From contig JALDTO010000162.1 of NCBI GenBank assembly GCA_023515725.1, positions 410,476 to 474,475 on the forward strand: 64,000 nt of DNA. Reading direction: 5' to 3'. How positions within the stretch are numbered: the first letter of the stretch is position 1; each line of letters opens with the position of its first letter. The translations under genes and the position numbers were made by a program. The notes below the pieces were generated by a model that saw nothing but the letters and a program-made list of their open reading frames with translations, had not been told where the DNA came from and made no database searches. Source of the DNA: Amoeboaphelidium protococcarum X5 (lineage: Eukaryota > Fungi > Aphelidiomycota). Of the stretch, positions 1 through 15,600 are shown piece after piece.

Positions 1-115
1 ATACATCAGTGGATGCAGCAGGACCTTTATCTATACTTCTTTAATTCAAAACACGCGAAGAAGATTACTAGTTCTATCGCGAATCAACTTCCTCTGCATT
101 GGGGATTCGAAACAT
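1..115 (-). CDS. 5' end of a probable gene running off the window, divergent from TRA1
   Basis: ATG at 115 on the minus strand, open in table 6 to the window edge (MFRIPNAEEVDSRQNQQSSSRVLNQRSIDKGPAASTDV). Only 38 codons are visible, too few to identify. Confidence 0.35.
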
Positions 116-466
116 TGATCTAATTGGGATAATTCTAAGAAGTATCTTACGAGTAATATAAGTGATGATCACAAAACAGAGTAGTAGGAGAACAGTGACA
201 AAGAGCAAACGAGAAAGTTCAAACGCGCTCTGGTCAGTTCGCTCTCAATTCGGCGCTGTTGAATTTGAATTTATTCGTCTGTCGTCGCGTCTCTTGTATC
301 CTCTCTTTCGTATTAGCAGAGAGCTTTACTACATCGAGTCTATACTATTGTAGATTCTCTATAGTTTTGGTCATTCTGTATATAATTATTAAGTCGCCAT
401 ATAAGCCGTTTTTTAGTTATCTGTTCTATTTGAGTATTGTATAAAATAAACTTTGAGTGAGTTTGA

Positions 467-3400
467 ATGAGTTTTAATATTGACTATAGAGCGTTGATCA
501 AGTCACTTGGTGTCGAGAAGTAGTTGTCCATTACTGACAAGTGCAAGGTTGCGACCGATTTGAAAGAGCTTGTGGAGTCATAGGGTGGTACAAGTGGTAG
601 TAGTAGTCAGTCAAGTAGTAGTGGTGGTGGTTCTGTAGCAAGCTCTGTGGCTATAGACTGGATGTAATTTCTTACTGCGTATGTGCCTATTTGCAGTCAG
701 CTTCTTGTGCAGAGTGATGGCGATTTGTACGTTCCTGTCGAGTATACGAGCGATTCTGTTAGTCATAGACTGCGCATTACTTTGATAGAAATTTTGTAGC
801 GCGTTCCTTATGGAATCTTGCTGCAGACGCATTCAGCTCATTATTAACAGTAGTAACTTTTGCTGTAGTAATAGTAATAGTAACAGCCAGCTTCGGATTA
901 AGCGGGCAGCGTGTCCAATTCTACTGGTAATGCTTTGGAAGATTTGAAGTCCGTGGTTAGTGACGTAATGAAGGAGGTTATTGGTGTTCTTGAGCTTGAT
1001 AATGAAGAAGTTGGGCAGGTGTGTTTGAGGATAATTATTGAGTTGCATAAGTGTTTCCGTAATTCTGTTATGCCGTAGGATCAATAGTAGCCGTAATAGC
1101 AGTTTATGCTTGAAGACTGGATCGATCCGTTCTTTTAGTTTGTCAAGGATATGTTGGGCAACTTTTAGTCTTTTGTTGAGGAATATATCGACTAGGTGGA
1201 AGAAGGTGAATAGGCTACTTAGTCTCACTCTGGAAGTTAAAGTTCTTTGGATGAGCACGGTGCTGAGGCTAAGAAGACGTATGTTCTGGGTAAGAAGTCT
1301 TTCAAGTTGTTGTCAGAGTGTCCTATCATATTGGTGCTGTTGATACAAATTTATAAGAAATCTGTTGCATCTGGTATTCCATCCATGGTTCCCTTGATCA
1401 TATCCGCGATTAGTACCAGAAGCTAGCAGTAATCCTAATACACTAGCATTGAGCATTTGACTGCTTGTCTGTAGGCTGGCACTTTGAGCGAATTGAAGTT
1501 GGGGCCGTGTCCGGTGTTGAAAAGATCAGCTGCTTTTGCTGATTTCATTAGTAGTTAGGTGAAGATTATGTCGTTCCTTGCATATATAATTCGTGGATTC
1601 AGTGTTCTTTTGAAGCCTTCTTAGCAGGTTATTGCTGATGGTGTGATGTCTCTGCTCCTGGACTGTCCTCCAGAATGTAGCAGTGCGCGTAAGGAGCTGC
1701 TTGTCGCTGCCAGACATATTTTGAGCACTGATTTTCGTGCTAGCTTTGTCTAGTACGTTGACATGCTGTTGATTGAAGATGTTCTGGTGGGTACGTCCAT
1801 TACCACTCGGGAGAGTTTAAGACCTTTAGCTTACTCCACTCTTGCCGATCTGATTCATCATGTGCGCGCCGAGCTATCTCGAGAGTAGATTAGACGCACG
1901 GTGGAGCTCTATCTGGCCAACATGCACGACTTGTCTCTTGGGGCTAGTATTCAGACAATGTGTGCCAAGCTTTTGCTCAATCTTATTGATGTTATAAATG
2001 CAGACAACAATAACCAGTAGCAATTGTTGAATGCATAAAAGTCTCAAGGTGGATCTTCTGGTTCAGATGATGGCGATTTTATGGGAATTGGAGATTACGG
2101 ATCTCCCCGCTGGATGTTGTCGATTATTTTGGATGGATTCTGTAAAAAGTTTACCGCGCTTAGTTTTATTGTTGACAAATTGCAATCTGCCAAGTCGATG
2201 CCTAAGAATAACACCGTGCAATTGGATCTGGAGCATGTTTGCCAGATCAAGGTGTCAATGGTTCATAATGAATCTTAGTCGTCAGAGATTGGAAAGGACT
2301 TCAAGTTTCTGTTCAAGACTTTAGTACTTGGAGTCAAGACTATAATAAGTGGCTTCAAGAAGTTGTAGGGCGTATAGACTGAGTAATAATAGCAACTAAA
2401 TCCTGAGAGAGTCGTCCCACTTCAAGACCAGCACATCTTTGTTTAACTTTTTGCTGATGGCCTAAAGTGTTTTCAACTATATCGTGTTGATTTGCAGGAT
2501 AATGATGCTTAATCTGGATCTATTTAGAATATGGCTGGTCAGCAGGCTTCGTCCAGTGGAAAGTCCATTATTATTGCTAAAGAGGAGAAGGAAATTTTGG
2601 AGCACTTTGTATCCATCTTTTCACTGCTGGATCCTGCTCTATTCTACGAAGTTCTTTATCTGAGTATTGATCACTTTTACGATAGTCTGCTGAAAGAGCC
2701 TGCATTCCTCGCAGTGCCTTAGTATTTGCTGGCGAGTGAACCAGTGTCCAGGATATTTAGTGGTGTTTTATTGTAGTTTCTTATGGGTAAATTGGATGAT
2801 CTTGGTAAATGCGATACCAGTGAGGCTAATATGCTGCTTAGACTGTTCAAGTTGGCTTTTATGGCGGTGACTCTATTTCCTGATTCCAATGAGCCAGTAT
2901 TGCAGCCTCATATCCACGATTTGCTGAATAAGTGTATGAAGTTGAGTCTAAGTTTGAAGGATAACAATTCCTATTTTATGCTTCTGAGGGCATTGTTTAG
3001 AAATATTGGTGGTGGCAGATTTGAGACATTGTACAAGGAAGTTCTACCTCTTCTGCCAATGTTACTCAAGGGACTGAATGGTATGCTCGAAGAAAGTGAT
3101 CGTGCGTCTTAGAAGGAACTATTTGTCGAGTTATGTCTAACTGTGCCTGTGAGATTAAGCGTGTTGCTTCCCTATTTGCATTTTCTGATGAAGCCTTTAG
3201 TTCTATCGTTGTAAGCAAGTACTGATCTGGTAAGCTAAGGCTTGCGTACTCTTGAGCTATGTGTCGATAATCTTACTTCAGACTTTCTTGATCCTATTCT
3301 GGCGCCGGTCATTAAAGAGTTGATGCATGCATTATGGAGCCATTTAAAGCCGCATCCTTACCATCCCGTCCATAGCTATTCTGCGTTGCGCATTCTGGGT

Positions 3401-6400
3401 AAATTAGGTGGTAGAAGTAGAAAGGTTTTGGCTGATACTTTTGAACTTTAGTCAAAATCATCATCTGCAGTCCAGTTGAAATTACCTCTTCAGTTGAGTT
3501 CATCTTCCGATGGGAAGTAGGAACCAGTTTGTTGGATATCCATCGCTGAGACGATCACGTATGCTGCGGGGTTGCTCAATGATTCGAAAGCTGAGTTTGC
3601 TGCAGATGCCTATAAAGTCTGCAATGGTGTTGTCAACTTTGTGTTGAAGGTAGATCAGCAGTCGACCGATGCTTTTTAAGACGTTCTTTACCAGCAGTTT
3701 TAGAAAGGAACCAAGTAATTGGATTAGGAAACCTGTATTAAGAAGATTAATGCCTTCTTTGAAAGTCAATCGCGATTAGGTAAAGACTCTGGTCGTCCCA
3801 CCTTGGAGTCTATGTCTTGCATGTAATCAACTCTGATATAGGCGATAAATGGAGTATTTTCTGGTGTATGTGTGGAGGCTATCTAAGATCAATGCCAGCA
3901 AAGTCTTCAGCTTTACACGCGTCATTTTGCTTTACTTCTAGTGGCTGAGTCTTTGACCGTTAGCTCCAAGTCATTGCAGTCTTAATCAGAAGTTAATTAT
4001 GCCATTATTGATCCAGGCGTGTATTTGGAGAGTCTGATGTTTGCAGTATGTAGTCTTAGTAGCTCGGTACGTCAGTTTGCTCTTGATCAAATCAACCTTC
4101 TCTATTCCGTATAAAGAGATATAGTCGGTGATGGCAATGTTGTAAAGCTGCCAGTTTATCATCAGTTAGCTTCGAAGCTGTGTTCTAAATGTTATTATGA
4201 TGGCTTCTCTCATAAAGTTGGGGCTATCCATGGTTTGCAATATCTATTCAATATGTTAAAGGATCATCGATTATGGGTTTTGGATCATTTGATGGAAGTA
4301 TACAAAGCTGTGATATTTGTGGCCAAGGACTCTTCTCAGGAGAATCTTGAATCTATCGTGGGTAATATTGAAAGTTTGCTTCATGGTCTTCTGTAATGTT
4401 GCTTTGCTGTTCTGGCTGAGGGAGACAAGTTGAAAAAGTAACAGCAAAAGTTTAACTCAATATTGGGAGTGGCCATCACTGAGCTATCTAATGCTAGTTC
4501 TGTACTTCGTAAGTTGGCTTAGGATTCGTTGAAAGGTCTGACCTGCTTCCCACTGGTGCAATCTGACAATGTTGTTGACCTGCTCAGTCCGGTAAAGTCC
4601 AAAATTTTAGGCCCCATATTCGTAAAGCCCCTTAGAGCTCTGCCTTTCAGTATGCAAATCGGCAATTTGTCTGCCGTGTCGTACTGTCTTGAGTTGGATC
4701 AGAGCCTGGTGCCTTTTAATGAGGAATTCATCAGACTTGTGCAAGAGTGCATAGCCAGTGCAGATTCTGATGATGTTGCTTTGTCCAGCAAAAGTTCAAC
4801 TGCTAAAAGTGCAGATGTCTTGAGATAATTGCGTTTCGTTTGCGTGAAATTGTTGTCTCTAGCTGTGAAGTTTGAAGAGTTTTCCAAGATGGAGCAGCTA
4901 AATCCAGTGAAATTTAGGATTGTACAGGTGTTCTTCAAGAGTCTTTATTCCAAATCGTTGGAAATTGTGGAGCACGCCAAAGTTGGTCTAGATAATGTAC
5001 TGATTGCTCATTAGAATAAACTTCCCAAGGAAATTCTTTAGAGTGGATTACGTCCTATCTTGGTCAATTTAAGTGATCCAAAGCGGCTGACTCCGGAAAG
5101 TTTGATTGGATTGGCACGTTTATTGGAGAAGTTGTCTAGCTATTTCAAAGTTGAGATTGGAAAGAAGCTGCTTGATCATCTTGAACAATGGACGAACCCT
5201 CAGCTTCTTACTTAGTTGGCTTGGATGCCATCCTGTCAGGCAGTGGAAATACAAGTTGTCGTTGGAGTGATGGATCTTATGCATTTGCTGCCGCCTGCTG
5301 CCAGCTGTTATCTTGATGATATGGTGCAGAAGACGTTAGAGCTGTAGAAGTCTTTTTAGCGCTGCGAGTCATCCCCTTTCTTGCCTCCATTGCTAAAGTT
5401 TCTTAACAAGTACAGCCAGGAGTCTGTCAACTATTTTTTGAGTAAGCTTGATGATATCCAGTATGGTTTGCTATTTGTACAGGTATTGAAGCACGCTGAT
5501 GCGTCGGAAGTTCGTTAAACGTTAGCGGAATAGCTGCCTGGTATAATCGAATCCGTGTTTGGCCAATAAACTGGTGTCGGAGGTGTTAGCTTCGTGTAAT
5601 GTTTATTGGTGAAGATGATTAGCGTTTTGTTGAGTTACGACCCTTAATTATCATTGGACTAACAGAGTCTATAGCACCTTATGTCCCATTGGCAGTATAA
5701 CCATGATACTACACCTTTTGCTGATTCAAGATTAGGATTTATGTCAGTGTATCATTGGAATACACTGTGCCAAATATTATATCACCATTGGAATAAGTAT
5801 GAGGATAATCTTCTGCTATACCAAGTATCTCAACTCTTTGCAAAGTAGTCATTTGTGTGCAGTAATGAGGTTAAGCGTCATTTTTGGTCGCAAGTAAAAG
5901 ATATGGCTGTCGAGTAGAGAAGCGCACTGGTTATGACATTTATTGATTTGCTGCCAGTTGAAAAGCACAAGAGCTTGCCTTTTTTGAATGTCTTTGTAGT
6001 GCCTATGCTTGAGATAAGTCTCGCTGACGGACTAGGCGTGTCTGTGCTGACGGAGCAAGTGCTTTCTGCCCTGCACTAATTCATTTGGTCTCAGAGTGTT
6101 CCGAGGTATTTGTCTTTTAATGATAGTTTGCTAATCTTACAGTTCATGCAAATCACCGCTTCTATTTTGAATTACTGTCCTACCGTCATTGGAAATATGC
6201 GTAAGGATGTCATCAGATCTGCATGGAACATTATAAAGAATGAGGATGCGGTGCTCAAGTTTTCATCGTATGTGGTCATCTGCCTATTTCTAAAGTCGTT
6301 TGAAGTTCCGGAGAAGATGTTGCTGCAAATCTTACGGTCTCTGCTACGCACTTACTCATCCGAGTCAAAGTATTTAGTGCGTCAGGCATTGGAGATTCTG

Positions 6401-9400
6401 CTTCCTATTTTACCAAAGCGATTGGCTGAAGAAGGAGATTCACCATCATTTGTCAGATGGCCGCGCAAGATCTTGCTGGAAGAGTCGCATGTCCTGCCGC
6501 AAGTCATCTCTTTATGGCAGATCATTATCGCATTTCCAGAGATTTATTACGACTTCCGGTAGTAGTTTGTGCCTATGATTGTTTAGAATTTACCGAAATT
6601 GGGACTTACCTCTAGCTCTACTATGGATACTAGAGGTCTGTGTTTGGATATGATTGAATTGATTCATCAATGGGAAGTTATTAGAATTTCTGGATGCCAG
6701 ACAGAGACTGCTGAAGATGGCATGGATGTTGACAGCTGGACACTACCTCTGCAATTGTAGGATATTGTTGTCAATTTTCTGGTTCGCTTCCTCACTTCAG
6801 TCTAGGAGCCTATCTAGCGGAAAGGTTGGTCTGGTAAGATCATGAAGCTGACCAAGAGCTTCAGTTCTATGTGGCCATTGTCCACTGTCAAGCTGTCTTT
6901 TGTCGAAAAGTTCATGGCGGCCTCGGAGCTGAATGATGGAAATGTGTCGATAGTTGCCTCTTTATTGGAAATTGTGGGTTATCAAATAGAGTCGAAAGAT
7001 GAAAAGCAAATTTCCGGTATGATGACTAGTCTTTGCCGCATCTTTGAGCTCAGCCTGAGATCTGATCATTCGTTGATTTCGGATTAGTTGTAGTCTCTTG
7101 TGGGTGTGATTTGTGATAAATTTCCTGACATTGAAGCTTCAGATGATGTAGCGGGTGAGTAAGAACACACTCAGGATTATGGGCTTCAATTTGTGAATAA
7201 TTTGGCAGATGTTTTATCGGAGAATCTGAATAATGGACGAGCTGTATTCAGTTGCGTTACTATCATTGGCGGAGTTATCAACTCTCATAAAATGAATCTT
7301 GTATAGGCATTGGCACAAAAATTGGATACTGTACTGATTAAAGTTCTTCAGAAACTGACTAAAGAAGTTACCTTAAATTAGTCTGTTGCGCCTCAGGTAT
7401 CAGAATTGGTGCGAAAGTTGTTTGAATAGCTGCTTGCGTTTTATGATCTTGTAGAAGACAATAATAAGCGCGCAATTCTGGGACTGCTCAATGCTAATTA
7501 GGGCAGACATTTGGACCAAGTGACATAGAAAGCTTTAGTTCTAACGCTGGAACGATGGGTAGCTTCCGGAGAATAGTCAAAATTGAAGGACTTTGCGTTG
7601 GTATCACAGTAGATTGCTTTCAGTCATTCTCATTGGGATTTGAAGCATTTAAATCGTTGGCTTGAATTGGTAGCTGAGTTATTCTAATCCAAATAAGTTA
7701 TCCACTTTGCACCATAGATGGAAAATGCTTTCATGTTAGGATTAATGTCGTAGAATTACAAGCTGCGTCTTCGATTTATGAAAGTTTTGGATGGGAAATT
7801 GCCTCATAATATCTTTGCAAGGCTGATGTTCATTCTTGGAGTGTAGAATTGGGAGTTTTGCTCTAGATAATATTGGCTGCCGATTGCTATCGATATCTTG
7901 TTGATGCGTGGCTCTATGGCGTTGTCCCATCAAAGCGATGTTAATGTCGCATCTTATGGCATGTATAGTGCAGTATTTGGATCGCCTTACGTCAGAAATG
8001 CTGATGATCAAAGTCAATTGCTTGCCTCTTCAGAGTTTCTGCAGTCACTTTCAGTAATTTACAAAAATAATGAGGATATATCGAATTAGATTTGGTGTCA
8101 ATTGTTCAAGTTCTGTTGGACAATGTTGAGCAAGAGTGAGGTATCTTCTCTGAATAAAGTGATGATTGGTTTTCTGACTAAGCCATATCACTAAATGTAG
8201 AAGTCGTTGACTGGACGTAATGTGGTGTAATCAGTTCTGGAGGGTGCGACGCAATGTCAGGGTCTTCTATTACCGCCTGCTGTTTTACGCTATTTGGCGT
8301 AGAACTATAATTCTTGGTACCTTGCTATTGAGTTGATATAGTAAATGGCGTCCTAGGTGAAGGGATAAAGCTAAAATTTCAAGAATCCTAATAATGTCAT
8401 CAATGGTATAAACTTGATTCTGCAGCAACTTTATGGACAGTTGAGAGATTAAGATGCTTAGAATGGTGTCTGGCTTGTGAATTCCTTGTTTAAAGAGACT
8501 AACGCTGCGTTATCTTTTGAGATTGTAGGGGATTATAAAACTGCTTAGAGTATTTTGGAAGATGCGCAGATGTAAGTAAAAAATAGCAACATCCCATTCG
8601 TTGAGAGTGAATTGTCCCTTTGGGAAGACAAATGGATAGAGTGTGGCAAGTAATTGCAGTAATGGGATCTTTTGAATGATTTATCCAAGCATGAGAACAT
8701 GGTCGATCTACAGTTGCAGTGTGCGTGGCGTATTACCGACTGGAATGCTTAGTATGATAGTCTGTAGGCATTACTCTCTTCTTCTGGTGACGATAAGCAA
8801 AGTTAGAGTGAGAAGCAGATGTATTAATCGTTAGCTTTACTATCAAAGCTGCCAGAATTGCCAGAGAAGTTGGTTGAATTCTAGAAGAGTAATGAACAGA
8901 GTTTTCAGATGGTCATTGCGGAGTGGCATCAACTACCAAAGACTGTGACTGGTAATTCTCACTCGAAATTACTGCAAGAGATGTAGTTGATGGTGGAATT
9001 TTAGGAAGCTTCTCATATCTATGCTGGTGCCAATCCACAGAATCCGCAGGTTAAGTTGCAGTCTATTTAAGAATTGAAGGGTACTTTGGGTACGTGGCGT
9101 GATAGACTGCCCAATATTTATGATGGAATTGACATGTGGAGCAAGTTAGTGGCATGGCGCCAGCATGTTTTTGGTGTTATTAACAATGCTTATCAGTCTC
9201 CTGATACCTAGAATAGTTTGGCGTATAGAGGCTACCATGAAATTGCTTGGATAATTAATCGTTTTGCTCATGTTGCGCGCAAGTAGCATCTCTCTGATGT
9301 GTGTATCAATGCTTTAACCAAGATTTATACATTGCCGAACATTGAAATCAGTGATGCCTTCCTGAAGCTCCGTGAATAAGCCAAGTGCTACATGGATGAC

Positions 9401-11959
9401 AGCGATGAATACATTAGTGGACTGGAGGTGATATCAAACACTAATTTGGGATATTTCTAACAGCCTTAGCGTGCCGAATTCTTTGCTCTCAAGGGAGAAT
9501 TTCTGGCCAAGTTGGATTTCGAGCAGGAAGCCAATGCTGCGTTCAGCTCTGCAATCTAGATTGACGCCAATTTGCCCAAAGGATGGCTGGCATGGGCTTA
9601 GTTTAATGATAGGCAGTTCTAGTCGACCAAGTAGATAAGCTATGCTGCTAATGCTGTAAATTGCTATCTGCATGCATGCGAGCTGTACAATAGCCGTCGT
9701 TGCCGCAAGTACATTGCCCGAATCTTATGGTTGCTCTCCGTAGATGATGCCACTGGTACTGTGTAGAAGGCTTTTGATGCTTACAAGGGAAATATGAACA
9801 TCTGGTATTGGATCACTTTTATACCTCAGTTGTTATCAAGCTTAAGCCATTAGGAGGCGTCTATTGCCAAAGCTGTCCTAATCAAGATTGTCAAAGCTTA
9901 CCCGTAGGCTGTCTACTTTCAAATGAGATGCCATCGGGAAGAGGTGACTGCTTCTTTGGCTACCACTGGAAGTTCATCAGTGAATGGTGCAGGGGCATTC
10001 CGTTCGTTGACTGCTTCATCCTCAGTTGCATCCATCTCTAATAATCCAGTGGCAACGGCGATTAATGCTGGTAGTTCGTCTCAACTTTAGTTGTCTGAAG
10101 ATCAGGCCAATACATCTAATGATGAAATTCAAGGTAAATTAATCGGATTGTAGATGAGCGAACCTGAAGACTCTTCTTGTGAGATGAATTCTCAAGCAAT
10201 GGATATTGATGGTGCGGCAAATTAGCAAAAGTCTTCCGCTGCTTCTAGTGCTGATGATATGGACACTTTGGTACAGACTGGCAACAAGAGTCCTGCTGAT
10301 TAGATTGATGATATTATGGCAATCTTGAAGACTGCGTATCCTCTACTGACTTTAACCATGGAGACTATGGTTGATTAGATTCTGGCTAGGCTGAAGCCAA
10401 CTGCTGATGAGGAAATCCACAGAATTCTATCTGCTTTGCTTTCTGACGCTTATACACAGCTGGTGAATAAGATCGTTGACGGACAAGACACGAGTCTATA
10501 GCCATCCAACAGCATACAGAAGACTATTCTGAAGTTTTTGCAGAGTCCTTACGTGTCCACCAGCAAGTTCAAGAACGATTTGGAGCGTGATTTAGTGCAG
10601 AATGGTCCATCTCTCGAGTAGATTGTAGTTTTGTGTAGGCAGTGGGTGGCTAAACTGGATCTTGTTCTCGGTGTAAAGTAACACAAATTAAATTTACATC
10701 AGCTGAGTAACTACTTGGCTGAATTTGAGTACTAAAAGTTTGATGATGTTGAAGTTCCTGGATAGTACTTGAACCTGCTGGATGCTGGTGAGAGTTTCGT
10801 AAAGATTGAGCGTTTGCAAAGTGAAGTGGATGTTTTTAAGAGCGGTGTTGGTGTTTGGAGCCGTCGTATATACTTCATTGGACAGGATGGTAATAAATAC
10901 CCATTCATGATTCAGAATCCGTCCTCAAAGCATTCTAGACGCGAGGAGACTCTGCTGCAGTTTATGAGAATGTGCAATGATGTCCTGGGCAGAAAAGTGG
11001 AGTCTAGAAAGCGCGAATTATCTCTCTACACTCCTAAGATTGTGTCGCTTGCATCCAGCGTAAGGTTGGTGGAGAGTGATGTGTCAGCTGTATCTCTACA
11101 GCGCATTTATGACGATTACTGTGAATAGAAAGGATTCGTCAAGGATGAGCCGTGTGTGCAGTACTTGGTGCATCTGCAAAAGTATATCCAGTCTGACATC
11201 AACAGTAGACAAGATTTGCAGAATTTTAATTTGGAAATCTTCTAGACGATTTAATGCAACTGGGTTCAAAGCAATCTACTTTCTTAGTCTTTAATGTAGA
11301 GAATGAAGTCGTATGAGCACTTTTGGCTGTTGAAGAGATCTGTCGCTAAGAACCTGGCCACCTCTTACTGTATTTAGTACATGTGGGCTGTCAGTAATAG
11401 ATTGCCTGGTAAATTGAACTTTGGTCTAACCAGTGGCTAGATTGAATGGACCGATATGCTGCCGCATGTGAACAAGTAAGCACAGATTGCAAGTGGTGAA
11501 AGTGTACCGTTTAGATTAACTCCATAGCTGCAAAACTTCATAGGACCAGAGTTGATGTCTGGCGTGTTTGTGTCCTCAATGCTGAGTGCGGCGTTCTCTC
11601 TGAGTCTGCCTGAGTATGATATAAGTCAATTGCTACCACTGTTTGTTCGCGATGAGTTGCTGTACTGGTAGAAATATTAACCTGGTGGAGGTGGTGGTGG
11701 TGCTGTATTTAAAGACGCGTAAGAGTTATCTGTAAAGGTGGAAGAGAACGTTAATGCGATGGTTACGAGACTGGAAGAGTTGGCTGCGAAGGAGATGCGC
11801 TCTTAGAAAGAACAAGATTCCGAAGAAGCTGATCAGTAATAATAGTAATCCAAGCCTCATACTAAGCCTTTAACTTTGCCAATCACCAAGAAGATATCTG
11901 AGGCTACTAATCCTAATAACTTGGTTCTGATGGGTCCTCTGTACCATCCATGGCTATGA
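467..11959 (+). CDS. TRA1: TRRAP/Tra1 PIKK pseudokinase (SAGA/NuA4 scaffold), ~3830 aa, apparently intronless
   Basis: All TRRAP-like fragments (2081, 2531, 2783, 3242, 4529, 6110, 10769) share one frame and are separated by TAA/TAG. Motifs: [62 protein letters not shown] end [10 protein letters not shown] then TGA at 11957-11959. Confidence 0.96.
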
Positions 11960-12655
11960 TCGTTGATGCGAAATGAAACATGAGTGGGTGATTTGAAGTA
12001 ATAATGGATATTAAATTTAGCCGTAAACTCTTGCGAAATTCTTTTCCAAATGTATCTGTACTTTATACACTTGACGCGTCTTGGCTGGTTTAGCTGTTAG
12101 TATAAATTGCACATACTGTACCATAGTTCGAAGTTATCTTTCAAAGATGAAACAGGAACAAGCAAACGAGAGAGCGAGCGCGCGAGGAAGGAAACGAACC
12201 ATCTAATTTTCTCTAACGAACAAAGCATTGATATCAAATCGTGCGCATAGTGGTTTTCAAGGTTAACCTTTATCTGTTAATTTACAAAAACTGTAGATTA
12301 TATATCATCAAAAATATTTTAGCATGAAGATGCAACTTTAACGCGAAAATCTCGATACCCTCAGTCGAATCTAGTATCCACATCGCGCCCCCTCTGTCGC
12401 CCAACAACAACAATATCCAGATGCGTAGAGAAGAACAACTCCGCACATCTAAATAAACTCAATTCTCTCAACCAATCTGCGACGTCTCACACTTCTTCTT
12501 CTTCTCCACTCCTGTTTATCATCTCATAACTTCACTGCATTGCTATCGATATAAACTTGACTAGTACACTACACAATTCTGTTTAATATCACTAAACTAC
12601 ATTTGCACTCTATTAAGTGAAACAATACTCTAATAATATAATCCACATCAACGAA

Positions 12656-15600
12656 ATGCCACTCCTGAATGGTGAACCGTATGTTGTACCACACGATCTG
12701 TCGAAAGAACCTCAATCTCAAGAAGTAGAGGAAGTATGGGTCGTCAGGTAGACGAAAGAGATATGCGTTGATTTAGAGTAAGTATTCACCTTAGTTCTGT
12801 ATTCATTCATTCACTCTTATATCAAGTGTTACTTGGTATGTGTAGAGACTATAGCAATCGAGCCGCCGAGTACCGCAAGCGAAAGTGGACTTGTGCAGTT
12901 ACGTAGAAGGATAGTCTCTCGTATGAGGAAGCTCTGCTGAGTGAGTAGAAGGCGCGAGAGGTTCAGACCAAGATCCCTCGCCCGGTGTAGAAGAGAGCAC
13001 TGGAGATGGCCTAGTACCATGTGACTGGAAGATTTGAACAGTTGGTTGATTAGATCTATGATGAGGTCAGTGTTAATTTCTATGCAGATGAAGTGCTTTC
13101 ATATGAATTCAAGGGTGATCCGACTAGTATCAGTAATTCTAAAACTGCCAATGGGAAGGGTAGTTATAAAGCTGGTGTTGGTGGTACTGCCAATTGTCAT
13201 TCGTATTAAAACCAAGTCACCGTGGTCAAAGTGATAAAAAAGTTGGATGATTCCAAGTATCAGGTGTATAATGTTACTGATGATGTGAATAGACCAGTGC
13301 CTAAACAGTATACGGATAATCCTGATCTGATAACTTGCTCAAGTAATGAACTCAGCCGTGAGCGAAATGCCGTGTCTAAAGTTGCACTACGTCCATTCCT
13401 CAAAGAGTGTATTCAGAGGGAGTCTTATTACGGGGCACCATGGATTGTAAAGGATGAGATTGCGCTTGATTTTAGCGTGTCACTTACACCGCCAGCCGAT
13501 CTTTGGGATCCTGTGACGAAGCGCTTGTAGAAGAGGGATGAATCTGCATCATCTGGCGGTGGTACTACCAAGAAGTCTTCATCATAATCGTCTTCTGTTA
13601 AGCATAAACGTACTGGATCTTTAGTAATTCTGCTGTAGAAGCCCAAGTATCCTGTGGAAGATTCGGAGCTCCCGTTGTATCAGAAGCCAAGCTAGCACCC
13701 AGAGATGCAAACGTCTGCCGTTCCCATTCCTCATAAACATTTTAGAGTCGATAGTGAGTACGTGGCTGATGTATTGTACATTTGGAACTTTCTATTCGTC
13801 TATGCAAAGCCTTTGCAGTTGAGTCCGTTCACATTTGATGATTTTGAGTAGAGTCTATTGTTTTCATCCACGCTGTAATTGCAATAGTAACACGATGCTG
13901 TAACTCGCTCATCTTCCTCACAGATACCTCCTATATTGGTGGCTGCATTTGTCACGCTGTTGAGATTTGCTGCCAGACATTCAGCGCAAGTACACGCCAA
14001 ATTGGAAAAGCTTTCTAAGCAGTTGCCCAAGCACAAGATTGTCAGTATGTAGAAGAAGAGTAAGGGGAGGCTATTGGAAGCGGCTGTGAATGAGATTTAA
14101 ATTAGTGATTAGATGTTGATTGATTATGGCGATGATAGTGCTGAAGATGATGTTGATCTAGATCAAGGGTATGATGAAGATTTAGATGTTGATTCGACGG
14201 AAGAAGATCAGGAATTGGGAGATAATGGTAATAAAGCTTCATCTCAATCAATTGCAGATGACACCGCAACAAGTGACGATGCGTCTGTTGATCATGCTCA
14301 GACTGGAATTGAGATTAGTAAGTAGTGGTGGAGAATGTCTTTGAATAACAGTACTTGGATGGAGGTGTTGGCCACTTACTTGGCAACTACAGCCACTATT
14401 GTGCATCTTCCCTGCTTATCTTCAGTGTTGTAAAAGGTATCTGCGCAAAATGTTCTCATCGATCCTACGACTGGAAAAGCGCTTCTGCAATCTGCCTTGA
14501 GCTTTCCTAAATCATCTGGTAGTTCTGGCGGGCATTCTTAGATAAATTAACGCTTCTTGTAGATTGATCTCTCGGAAATGTTGGCGCTATTCAAATTTGT
14601 GATCAATGAGTCTGTGATATGCAGCAAGGCTATCAGAGATTACATGAGCTAGTGCACGTCAGCATTACCAGAGTTAAGGAGAGATAAACGAGAGGTGGAG
14701 GCTCGCAAGAGGGAGCTAGAAAGTTCTTAGAAGGAATTAGTATAAAAGAAGAATGACTCTTCCTCTTAGTCTTAATAGTCTACTAGTACTACTGTCCCTG
14801 CTGATGTTGATGGTTGTTCAAAGACGAAAAAGTCTGCGAAATTACAATCTTTGTAAGCCAATGATGATCAAGATCGAATGGATATTGATGGCAACGAATC
14901 GTCTTAAAGTATAGCGGAAGATAGTGATGTCGACGATATAGAAGATGCTATTGAGTCAAGTGACAATGAAGAAGAAGACGATGACGATGATGAAATGGGC
15001 GATGAGTATTCAGAATATGATTATGCTATCCAGGAGTTGGAAGGTAAATTGGCAGATTTTGATAAGGATGGTCGCGCCAACAGGCAAGAGAAAATGAAAT
15101 TATAATAATAGTTGAAAGAAGCTGAGGAATCCAAGAAGAAGATGTAAGTATAGTAAGCTCGTGCTGAGGCCAGAGCCAGAAGTCAGCAGAAGCGTCAAGA
15201 TGCAGAGTAGAAGCGGTAGCTTGACTAGGAGCTTATAAAGATTCATAGAAAAGATTTGCAGTTGGATAGAGAGATTAGAATTCATAGTGGTGCTTCAAAG
15301 GGCAAGTTGCTGGGCTATGATAGATTCTGGAATAAATACTGGTGGATGGATGGATTTGGGAGTGGAGCTGGAGCAGTGTCGGAGTTTGGGGTGCCGCAAG
15401 GTCCTGGGCATAAAGCCAATGGTATTATACCTTATGGATCTGGTCGACTGCTAGTACAAGGTTCTGGTAGAGTAGAATACCTCGGCCTAATATCCGGTGC
15501 CACTGCTCTAATGTCCAGAAAGCGAAAACCTGTGGAGTTCAACGCTAAAGATTAATAGTTGACTGGCTGGCAGGTGGACGCTTTTGTCACTCTACCCAAT